This document shows positions 39,901 to 50,804 of a DNA stretch of 64,000 nt, in pieces; positions within the stretch are counted from its first letter, which is position 1, and each line of letters starts with the position of its first letter. A program made the position numbers and the translations under genes. Location of the stretch: contig CDMY01000305.1 in assembly GCA_001179505.1 (NCBI GenBank), positions 310,001 to 374,000 on the forward strand, in the 5' to 3' direction. This DNA comes from Vitrella brassicaformis CCMP3155. Lineage: Eukaryota > Protista > Chromerida. The notes below the pieces were generated by a model. That model worked only from the letters and a program-made list of their open reading frames with translations. It was not told the origin of the DNA and searched no databases.

Positions 39901-41263
39901 GACGTGCTAGGCAAGGGGCTCAATGCGGGCGGCCAGCTGTTTGACGAGGCCATCACGTCGGCCAGAAAACCCAAAGACAAGTACAACACACGAAAGAGAG
40001 AGAGAGAGAGAGAGAGACGTTTCCATCTGAGTGTCCTGTTGTCTCTGGTCGATGTATGTGTATCAGGGTGTTTGCCCTCCGGTGCTTTCTGGCCAACCTG
40101 CAAGTGTGGGGGAGCGTCATGAGCCGGTCGGGAGACATAATCCCCGACCACGCCTGCCCCTTCGACGCAGATGCCATGGAGATCGACGACATCACGGCGG
40201 TCGGACCGAGGCCGCCCCCGCCCACCAATGCCAACCCCAGCAACCCCCACCCCCCTTCCACCGTCGATGGGCTGCGCCACCATTCTCTCATCGACAGCGA
40301 GGCGGTTGATGGCGTCACTAGCAATAGGGCACATCGGGTGGCTCAGCTCATGCGGTCAGAAAAGAGGCCGAGAGACTAGGGTCGTGGCACGTTCCATGTG
40401 TGTTGTTCTTGTGTTTTGTGTGTTTGCAGCCGTCGGTCGCGGTGTCTGACGTACTTAATCCGTCGTGAGTTCAAGCAGCGATCCAAGAGGCTGAGGGAGC
40501 AGATGATGTCCCCACCGGCCGGAGGCAGCACCGTCCACCCCCTGCTGCAGAAGGTGCGACCGAACGCCACGCACACACGGAACAACGCCGTCATTCTCGC
40601 ATTCATTCTCGCTGCCTTTCTCAGGTCTTGTCCGACCTGACAGTGTTAGACGACTTCATCTCCGCCCTGTGCCGCTTCTTCAAGCTGGTCGACCTGCCCA
40701 AGGCCACCCAACCGCCGGCATCGTCATCGGTCGACACGCCCTCTCCCTGCTACTCGCCCCCCTTCCCACACACATACGGGCGAGCCTCACAACCACCACC
40801 ACCACCACCACGGGCGGCGAGGCCGTCCCAGGGATGCAGATGCCTGATGGAGGCCCAGGGCATCGACCAGGACATCAGCAGAACAACCAGCACCACCACC
40901 AGCAGCAGCAGAGCCGCCGGCACGTGTGGGATGGCCAGTGCGGGCATGGCAGGCGAGCTGACGGAGGCGGAAATGACGCCGCAGATCGACCCCAGGTGGG
41001 TGCGGCTGGCAAGAGGCAACAAGTGGAGGGACAGGGATCTTAAGGGTGGCTGTTCCTGTGTGTGTGTGTGTGTGAGTGTCAGGGTGACGGGCTATCTGCT
41101 GCCGGTGACGTGTGGGCACAATGGTGTGCTTAACCGAGGGGAACTAGACAGTTTGGGCTTCTATCTGCAGCAGTCGTCTCTTGCCCACGCAGCGCACAGC
41201 CGCCAGGCTGACCTCGAGGGCGTGCTGCAGGGGCCGAGGAGGCTCCTGATGCAGCACAGGTAG
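36914..41263 (+). CDS. Large membrane-anchored alpha/beta hydrolase (ABHD13/BEM46-like catalytic module)
   Basis: Two N-terminal TM segments; DGTRLDG, VVFANPNAGYYE, FNYRGFGRSQG.PSP, nucleophile elbow HGRSIGG, DRSFSSL; C-terminal LLPVTCGHNG (candidate catalytic His). Confidence 0.85.
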
Positions 41264-42095
41264 AGACACGTGGATGGATGGATGGATGGATGGAAAGCAG
41301 CTTTGTAGTTGTCAATCAGATGGTAGATTTATGTGTGTGTTTGACTAAGACGGGCGGCTGGCTGGCTGAGTGATCAAGTGATTCTCGTCCCACACCCGTC
41401 CACCTGCAGTGCACATTTCATCTGAATGGTCGGCCGACCCGATCACTCACACGCACATCAGTCTATTACCATGGCCGGCTATCGCGCCAAAGGCAAAGCA
41501 GGATCTCCTCCAAACACACGGACAGTAGAAATGGACGACTGTGTGTAAGAAACCAGGGAGGGTGTCACGGGACCATTTTGGTCCAGTCTGACAGAGAAAT
41601 TAAACCGCACGGACCGACTCATTCACTATGCATCACTCACTAGTAGGCGTAAACGATCGACACATGCAGTGAACACCAGTCGAGCTCCCCTTCTGTGTGT
41701 ATCTATGTGTGTGTGTGTATGCCCGCCATGTCTCTCTGGCCCAAAAACCAACACAGAGTTTTCAGATTCTGAAAGCTCTCTGTCTCGGTTCCGGAGACTC
41801 ACCCGGCATTAGCACCCACTCACTACTGTGTCACTCACCCACCCGATGACTCGGCATCACTCACTAGGCAACAACAGCCGAGCTCCTCCACTCTCTTTGT
41901 ATGGGACACGGAGCGCGCGCGCTCTCTCTCTATGTCCTACCGAATCGACAGACAGTTCTCATCTGAAAAGTGCCTGTCGACTCGAAAACTATGTGTTGTC
42001 TCACTCAAATAAACCGCTCTGTGCACTGACCGTCTCACTGCCCACTCACCCACAGCCATCCATCAAGCATAAATGCCCCTCAACCGCCACTAAGA

Positions 42096-43017
42096 TCAGT
42101 CAGTTGGTTTGAAATTCAGCCAGAAGAGAGCGTTCACGGCACCATCGTCCTTGCCATCGTCACCCAGCACCATCGCCGTCGCTACGAGGTCTTCGCCGGG
42201 AGACAACACACCGGATACGGTCGTCTCGACAGACAGGACGGAAGAGGGCGGCAGCGCCGCCCCATAGAGCGTCCGTTGACTCTGCTCGACCACCACCTTC
42301 ACCGGCACCGGCAGAATGTTCTTGACTTCGAAGGAAAACTCGCCTGTCTCACGATCCTGCTTGAACATCTGGAAGACAGTGCTGGCTTCGTTGGTTGGAG
42401 GGTCGCTCGGAATGGGAGCGTTGTTGGTGAAGGTCTGCTCCAGCAGCCGCTCCCCATCCTGTGTGCGCGCAGACACAACACACACAAGAGGCGAATGTGG
42501 GGCGAATGCGCGTATGGCCCATGTTGCCTGCACATTGCAATACCTGTGTCTCAATGACGAGGGTCACCGAGGCGAACGCGGGCACAGGCACGGTGAACCC
42601 GGGCGAGTCTTCTGGCGCGATGCTCGTTTCGCTCTCGATGCTCGCGTCAGCGCCCAAGAACACCTGATAATCCACAGGCCGCCCCGCCTCGTCCACAAAC
42701 CGCACCACAACCTCCTCGCCCTCGCTGTCGGCAAACCCGTTCCCAATCTCTATCGTCAATGCAGCCTCACTGACCCCGTCGCTGTTATCGGGATCTGGCT
42801 CTTCTGGCGAGGTGGGGCAGAGAAAGGCGAAGTCCACCGGCGGACCGCGAAGAAATGGCGAGTCGCATGATAAGAAGAAACCGCCCACTCTGTTGGGCGG
42901 GTCAGCGTCGCGGGGAATGTTGGAGAGGCTGATGATGTTGGAGGGCTCGCCTGCCGAGCGGCCAATGAGACAGCCCAGGACGCACAGGGCGACAACGAAG
43001 GCTGGAGAGCGCCTCAT
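42096..43017 (-). CDS. Predicted secreted acidic, beta-strand-rich protein, 2 exons
   Basis: Signal peptide MRRSPAFVVALCVLGCLIGRSAG; clean in-frame intron (about 42452-42543); ends LNFKPTD*. No recognisable family motif. Confidence 0.7.
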
Positions 43018-43511
43018 TCGCGTGTCTTTCTTTCCCTGACCAGCCGGGACATCCACACAGAAAAGTCTTCACAGGGAACCCTCTCAAGAATCGATCGTAC
43101 ACGATTTGTCAGGTCCAGTGAAAGGGTACCCTCTGAAAGTCGGCGCCTCGAGCTGCCGTCGTCGTCGGGGTCGCGGGGGATCCTTTTCTGGCTCTGAACG
43201 GGCTCGTTCGTGGCTTCTGTCGCCTCTGCAAGCATCACAGGTATTCACGCAAGCAGTTGCATACCCGAACAACCCATGTGGTCGTGTGGCGGATGACCTC
43301 CTGAGTGTGAAGGAAGGGAGACCCACAAGCCGCCACAAGCTGGCATCCAGGTAAGGTTGCCATCCACTGCACGCCCAAACGTGCCAACCTTACCGAAGGG
43401 ATCGAAAAGGCGTTGTCAGGCGTCGTCGCGCTCCCAACGAGGGAATCCCAAGTACGGAGTATGTAAATTTGTAAACTTGTCAAAACCGCGTCGCACAGGC
43501 GTCCGTCACCC

Positions 43512-43555
43512 TCACATTGTCCGGTGATTCAATAACCATTCACATTGTCCGGTGA
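43512..43555. repeat. Two copies of the 16-bp sequence TCACATTGTCCGGTGA
   Basis: Exact copies at 43512-43527 and 43540-43555. Confidence 0.9.
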
Positions 43556-43922
43556 ATGCATTAACATCAAATATAAACACGATGGATTAACCACTGCCTC
43601 GTGTGAGGCCCGTCGCCTCAGCACCCACACATGGACACGGACACAACTCACAGAAGAGCTCGCCGGCAGCCCACCTACATGTATCTCACACCACCAATAC
43701 AGCCAACGGAAGCCCAGGGCCAGAAACACCACACAACACCAACAGACAAAGGAATCTGAAGTGCAGCAGCACCATCCTGTCTGCCACCCTGTGGTACACC
43801 ACAGAAAAATGACAATCTCCCTCTCTCCCTCTCCCTCTCTCTCTTTCTCAACAGCCCCAGCCACACGCCCACATGTCTCTCTCTCTCTCTCTCTCTCTCT
43901 CTGATCGATATGCATGAAGGCA

Positions 43923-45897
43923 TTAGGAGACTATCATGGCGTCCCTAAGGCGCTTCAGCGTTCTCTTCAAGGGTTGGGTGCTGATCGAGTACTTGCCGCT
44001 GAAGGGGTCAGTGAGGTCCTCCAGCAAAATGCCCAGCCACATGAAGGCGCCCACCAGCAGCGAGAAGGCCAGACGGGGCAGCAGCCGCAGCAGGGGGTTG
44101 CTCGACGCTGACATGCAATGCGACAGAAGAGAGTACCAATGGGACGCCATGGAAGGGTGCGTGTGTGTCTGTGTGTGTGTGTGGTCACCCACCCTTGAGT
44201 GAGTCGAATATGAATGCGACGAGCTGCGAGATTCCCAGGAAGGCCAGCAGAAGGTAATGCTCGGCCGGGAAGCCGGTCTGCACGGCGACGACCTTTGCGC
44301 CCCTCGTGTGACGCAGCTGCGTCAACAGACCTGCAGTTCAAACAAATCGCAATGGCAGTGGTTGGATGGATGGATGGATGTATGGATGGATGGTGTCGAT
44401 GCCAACCGACCGACCTTGTATGTAGAAGACCTGGTTGAATGCTTGGGACGTACCTAGGGTCCTGTAGTTTTCGGACGACCGGATCTCGGCATCAGTGACC
44501 TGCACACAACACAGCCAGCCACTCAGACATGTCATGCACTGACAGGAAGCACCATGACCATCTCTCCCTCCGAATGGATGGACGGACGGATGCTTGCATA
44601 CCGACCTCGTCCACGACATCAATGAGGTCCGACAGACTCTCGATGGCCTCCTTGCCCGAATCATACACTGACCAATTAATTAATGCATTCCTTATCGATC
44701 CACAGGTGGGTGCTATGCTCACACCATCCATCCCATCAGTCCCTGCCGTAGCTCACCCTCATCTTTCTCCTCAGTCTCGTCCTTTATCCTCTCAGGCAAG
44801 CTCGTGATGATGGTGCTGAAGCTGCTGACCAGAGGGCTCTTGGCGTCCCACCACTGCCGGCGCGTCTGGCAGCCTCTCGTCGTCGCCTCGCCCGCCACAC
44901 TCCATGTGTAACGCCACAGGGCCCGGAAGGCGCGCCGCCTGCGAATTGGGTCGTCTTGGAAGAGCTTCTTGAGAGCCTTCTCGAGCAGGTCAATGAGGGA
45001 GATCTCTTCCTGCAAACACAGACAAACCGGCAGACAGACAGACCGACAGACAGACAGACATACGAATCAGCATGCGGGTGTGCGTAGTGGCTGACTGGCC
45101 TGTAGGATCCGTCTGATGTCCAGCTGCCTCTGCTGCAGCGTGCCGATGGTCAGCGCAGTCAGTGTGCCGAGCAACAAACCTGTACTCGGGAGAAACACCT
45201 GCACACACAACACACTCACACATGACATGGCCGGTACTCATGCCGCATTCTCCCATCTGCCTATTCTGGCGGCCCATCTGATCTGGCCCATCTGTGTTTA
45301 TCGGCAAGAAAGAGGGAGGGCAGTCTGTCTGTCTGTCTCTGCGTGTCTGTCTAGCATGAATGAAGAGACGCACACGCACACACTTGGCCGCACTTTGCCA
45401 AAAGTCTCCGTCGGAGCGTCCTTGAGCTTTGCCGCACCGAACTCCAGGACAGCAATGGCGGAGCTCACGATGGAAGGAAAGGCCATGTACACGCTGTACG
45501 ACACGATGCCAGGAATGACCGGCATCGTCGTGAACATCCACCGGCAGAAAGCCCGGAATCTCCACCTCGGGACAACACCAATCGAGCCGAGCGAGAAGGG
45601 CAGCCGCCACCGATAGAAGCCGCTTGTGGGTGTGGGAGGGACCAGGTCACCATAGTTGTCGTGCTGGCCCTCAGTGGGCAGGACCTCTGTGCCGCCTTCT
45701 GAAGCCGCAATGTCAGCCACATCTGCCGGCTGGATCAGTGTGACCGAATGCAGCCGCGGACTGGCTGATGCAACTCGCCTCGACGACTTGAACACAGGGA
45801 CAGGCCGTTGAGCAGTGAAAGCCGTCGAGTGCCCCAGACACAATGCAGAGCCCAGAGAGAGAAAAATTGCTGAAATAGTTGCTTGCCGGGCTGGCAT
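43923..45897 (-). CDS. Putative plastid-targeted DUF4239/bestrophin-like membrane protein
   Basis: Signal peptide ending STAF plus transit-like stretch; GLLLGTLTALTIGTLQQRQLDIRRILQEEISL; LLTQLRHTRG..TGFPAEHYLLL; C-terminal ILLEDLTDPFSGKYSI, matching the D-L-x-x-P-F-x-G motif. Confidence 0.62.
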
Positions 45898-46163
45898 CAC
45901 GAGCACGATGAGCGATGAATGACGTGCTCGCACAGAACAGTATGTAGCCACGGAGGGCAGATCTGTCAAGTGTTGCTGCACTGCTTTTCATTCATGGTGA
46001 GAGAAAGTGGCTGCGGCCTTCTGCTCACTTCTGCTCCCCTTTTCCTTTCTCGTCCGTCTGCCCAGAAATTTGAGCTCGCACCCGAAGGCTCAAGAGAAGG
46101 GGGTGCGACTTCCCATTCCGCGACCCTTTGCCTGTGCTGATCTATCGCTTGCCCATCACTAGC

Positions 46164-46882
46164 ATGGCGTCCACCTCCTATGGCCCTCGCGCTTCCCTGC
46201 CGCCTCTCCAGCCAAACCCAATGGCTGATGTATCGCTCTTCAGACGCGGCAGACGGGTGCTGATGAGCCTCGCGCTGCTCGCATGGGCGGCGTTCATCTT
46301 CGGCAGCCACTTCATCGTGTGGGTCTTTCCTCTCGCCTTGATCATGATTTTCTTCTGGGATAAGCCCTTCCACAAACTGATCATCAAGGTTGGCACCACG
46401 TGGTCTCGCTCGCTGACGCACTTCGGCTTCCTGAGGATATACGCGACCATCGACCCGGCAGTGTACGCGGCGGTGCGCAAGGCCAAGGTGAGGATAGTGG
46501 TGTCGAACCATCGGGCGGAGCTGGACCTGGTGAGCCTCCCGGCGCTTATCGGCGTTCTGGACCCCGCTCGGTGCGGGGAGCAGTTCGCCATAGCCAACAA
46601 CGTTCTTGTCGAAAGGGTGAGCTGCTGCACACGACCATTCATCGACAGGCAGACGTCACGCCGATCCCTCTTTTCCTGTGTGTGTATGTGTGTGTGTGTG
46701 TGTGTGTGCTGACATCAGGTGCCTGTAGTGGGTTGGTCGTTTCACTTTGGCGGCATGCTGTCCATCTTTTACAACCAGAAGGAGCGCAACGCACGGACAC
46801 TAGACAAGGTCAGGACAGAGAGACAGACAGACAGACAGACAGACAAGCAGCACACATGAGGCAACTCACACACCCCTCCCTC

Positions 46883-46925
<43 letters not shown>

Positions 46926-48014
46926 TCAGGTGGTCGATTTGCTGACCAACGGCCCTAAGTCGTGGTTTTTTTTCTTCCCAGAGGGCAACACCTGGTCGAG
47001 CAACAAAGCGAAGAGGGGCCAGCAGCTTTTCGAGGAGCAGATAGCCATCGACCAGACTGAAAGCAGCCCGGCGACCGCTGCCAGTGCCGACACGACGACC
47101 GACAGTGGCGAGGCGAGCGCACGTGACGGGGGTGGCGATGGGGATGGTGAGAATGTGCCCAATTTGCTGCCGTTGTATTGGGGCTGCTATGACCGGCTGC
47201 GCGGGAGCCTGCCTGTGTCAGATGATGTCTGCTGGTGGGCGAGAGGGTCATGGAAGGGATGGGAACCGCCACACATGGCATTCACTGCTGGTTCGGTTCC
47301 TTTCTCCCTCCGTCTGTGTGTCACTCAGGTTGGACGTGACGAGCGCCACGCCCGATGTGCCGAACCGTCTGACCTACAACTGGCGGCCACCGTACACGCT
47401 GCTGGGCCATCCAGCCTACCCTGACTACCTCATCATGAATGTCAGGTGCGTCCGCGCGCTCACACAGACGGATGCATTTATTCCCCTTAATTAATTGTGT
47501 CGGTTCAATCGTACAGGTTGATGAGTGCGTCTGATGTGTCTAGCCACGAGTCTCTGCAGCGTGTGTGGGCGCGCAAGAGCCGGTATCTCGATCAGCTGGC
47601 CGCTGGTGTGTTCCACCAGCCCAACGAGGACAGCTATGACCACAAGTGGATCCGACTCAGAGCCAGGTGCGTCCCGTCCGCAAACCAAACCAGGACACGC
47701 CATCCTCTGACTGATCCATTCATTCACTGTGTGTGTCAACTCTGTCGTGTGTTGTGTGCAGTTTCTGGAGCTGGTGGACGGTGTGGGGTCTGTTGATCCC
47801 GTCCCTCTTGCTGCTGTCGTTTGTGCTGTGGCCGGTGCAGACGCTGCTCTACTCGTGTGCCATGAACGCCCTCCTGCTGACGTGTGCGTGGCAGTACATC
47901 CCCTTCTACACGCCCCCGCAGCCAGAGGACGGCATGGTGGGGTCGGCCAACTCGTCCCCCAAGCTCCTCAAGCACGTGTCGTCGGCCATGTCCGACGCGT
48001 CCACCGGCGGCTGA
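46164..48014 (+). CDS. PlsC-type phospholipid/glycerol acyltransferase (LPAAT/LPLAT)
   Basis: Motif I VVSNHRAELD (NHx4D), VPVVGWSFHFGG block, FFPEGNT motif III, N- and C-terminal TM segments; ends DASTGG*. Confidence 0.9.
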
Positions 48015-48633
48015 ATGAATCATAGAGACAGCTGGAGGGACGTGTTTGTCGATATCCGTAAGTCAGTCAGTGTGTTAGCAAGCAATGCTGGCCGGCTGGC
48101 TGTCGTGTGTCGGCTGGCCTTGCCCACCTTGATGTGTGCGTGTGCGTACCTGCGTGCAGTTTTTGTTGTGTGTTTCCCTCCTCCTTCCAGTAACCGTTAC
48201 CCCAATTTTTCCCTGCCTGCTTGGTCGGTTGTCTTTTTCCTGTGGTCAGTCAGTCAGTCGCGTGTGTATGATCGATGAATGCATGTAATTGAGATATATA
48301 GTGATCAAGCGTGTTAGGTAGGACGTCCGGTCAGTTCGGTGTGTGTGTCTAGGAGTGAGTGATGGGGCTATTTCGGTGGAGTTGAGGGAGGTTGTTTGTA
48401 TTGTGTGCGTAGCCTCTAATTGACCGAACTGACCCTGCGTGTTGTGGGTTGATATCAATCTCGCACGAAAGTCGTGTCAATTCCTCGCTGGCTGACTTCA
48501 ATGCGCTCACGTGACTCATTGAATGGTCATTGATTGATTCATCCAATCATCGGCCGTGCTGCGTTATGTGTTCGTGTCCCTCTCATTGTCCGTCGGTCGG
48601 TCTGTCAGTGGCCCTCACTCTCACTCTCAGTCA

Positions 48634-49535
48634 TCATTGCATCTGTGGAATGTCGAGGGGCCGCATGAAGGTCGACGCGGCCTCCATCAACTCACGCTGA
48701 CGCAAGATGGACATCACACCGATGAGAACACATCACACAGACATGCCATGTGTGTCTGTGTGTGCACCACCTCGAGTTGTCTGATGGTCTTCATTTTGGC
48801 CTCGTCCTTTGCCCTCTTCTCAGCTTCGATCTCACCCAAACGAATCTGTCGACACACACACAGAGACATGGGGAGTCGGTGTGTTTCGTGTGTTGTGTGT
48901 TGTGATGGTCTGTGTGACCTCTCGTTGCTCTGTTTTGATTTGCTGTTGTGTCATTGGGATGGGCGGCGGCAGACTTTTGACGCGGGCCAACTGGGAACGC
49001 AAGTAGCGGTCCTCACCTGACCACACACGAGACACACACATGCAGCAGATGTGTCAGGGTGATCTGTGATGTGTGTGTGTGTGTACGTCTGTTGCAGTTT
49101 TCCTCGAGTTCGCTCTCCTCTGCGTCGGACACGCCACTCTACACAAAGACACACACAATCACAGAGACACCGATGGATGGTCTGTGTTTGTCTGTGTGTC
49201 TCTTTCATACGATTGTCTGTCGAGTGCGGGCCTCTTCCTCTCGGTCGTCGCGCAGCGCCTCGCGCAGCCCATCGGCCTACAAAGACAAAGACATGTATGT
49301 CACACACAGAGAGACACACAACCAGAGAGTCAGCGTCTCTGAGTGTCTGTCTGCCGTTGATCCACACGCATGAGCTGACGTGAATTTTGTCGAGGACGTC
49401 CTCATCGTCATTGTGATTGTTGCCTTTGTGTGTGGTCGGTGTGAGTGCCTCTCCTTCTCCGGCCAGCAGACCGCCGCACACAAACAGCAGCAGCAAAGCC
49501 ACACCCGAGGCAGTCACGCAACGCATCTTGATCAT
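48634..49535 (-). CDS. Small predicted secreted/organellar charged helical protein (about 6 exons)
   Basis: MIKMRCVTASGVALLLLFVCGGLLAGEGEA signal-like; exons ADGLREALRDDREEEART, EDRYLRSQLARVK, IRLGEIEAEKRAKDEAKMK, MSILRQRELMEAAS..QMQ*. Confidence 0.5.
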
Positions 49536-49793
49536 GTCGCTGGCGATGGCTGGCCAATGGATTGATCTCGTCTCTCTAGATGAGACAGAGAGACAGAGAG
49601 ACGAGGACTGTTGTTTGTGATTGTGGTAAGGCGGCGATCTGCATCTCGACATATATATGTATAGGTGCGATTGCAATACGTTCACATGTACACCCACACA
49701 TCCAGCCATCTCTTTCGGGTCATTCACTGGCTAGATAATTACTCTGCCTGACTCCCCTGCTCCCATCCGGGCGTGCCTCTTTGTCTCTCGATA

Positions 49794-50626
49794 CTACCTT
49801 GTGCGAGAATTCCCCCCACACCTACCACTCACCCAGCCAGGCCCGCGCGGACGGACGCCGAAAAACGAAGCTACGTCCAGCCACACCAAACACCAAATAC
49901 AAACACCCACAAACAAAGGACGACGGTGTCTGTGAGAGGGCGACGTCCCACGCCGTCCTCTCACAGACACGGTCGATTGATTGCATGTACGTCCAATGCA
50001 TCCATCCTCTGTCGACGCCACGCACTGCACGGCACGGCACCCGTACATGCATAAGCACGTGAGACAGTACGTGAACTAGCTTACAAAAGGTGTGGGTGGT
50101 GGACGGGTGGGGTGAGGAACGGAGGGCCCCAGTCAATCGCACCAGCATATTTTGATAGTGCTTTCGGCGGCTGGCCCACTTGCGCCCCTCGTATGGGCAT
50201 GACTTATCGGACGGCAACGGACAAACAGGTGCAGAGGCAGCAACAAGACAGACAGACAGACAGACACTCTCTCTCTCTCTCTCTGAAAGGCCACAGACAA
50301 AACACCACAGCAGCACAACAGCACAGCGCTCCCAAGCCCGCTTTGTCAACTTCCCTCCATCCATCGTATGCAGAGTGAAAATCCATCAAGCCCCCCAAAA
50401 CACGAACATCCAGCGATCAGTACATGTAGCAAAAGCCAGGGAAGGAGAGAGCCACGAGGGCCGCTGACATGACGCAAAGACAGACAGACAGGCGAGGCGA
50501 GGTGAGGCGAGGCGAGGTGCGAGCAGTGGACTGAACGAGATGGCAGTCGATTGAGGCCTCCTCTGCTCCACTCACCCAGCCAAGAGAAGCGAGCGACACC
50601 ACCTTACGACGCACCAAGACACCCAC
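49794..50626 (-). CDS. Possible short multi-exon gene, model unresolved
   Basis: Exon-like blocks MGVLVRRKVVSLASLGW, CPLPSDKSCPYEGRKWASRRKHYQNMLVRL (GTAAG donor follows) and YMQSIDRVCERTAWD between repeat-rich introns. Confidence 0.25.
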
Positions 50627-50804
50627 AAGACAGGGACGCAGATGGATGGGGAAATAACCCTCTCTCTGATGTACTTACAGTCCGTCCCCATCCCCATTCA
50701 TTCATCTCCTATACTGTGTCCCCGCCACAGAGACGGCCAGTGACCGGTAGCTGCTGCTGGACATCCCTTGCTGGCGGGCGAGCGGCGAGCGGTGCCCTGC
50801 AAAG

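Noticed and set aside
43060-43500. Repeat-poor stretch with short ORFs that might be a transposon remnant
   Set aside because: No terminal inverted repeats, LTRs, target-site duplication or transposase/RT motifs visible; more likely promoter/UTR of the 43017(-) gene.
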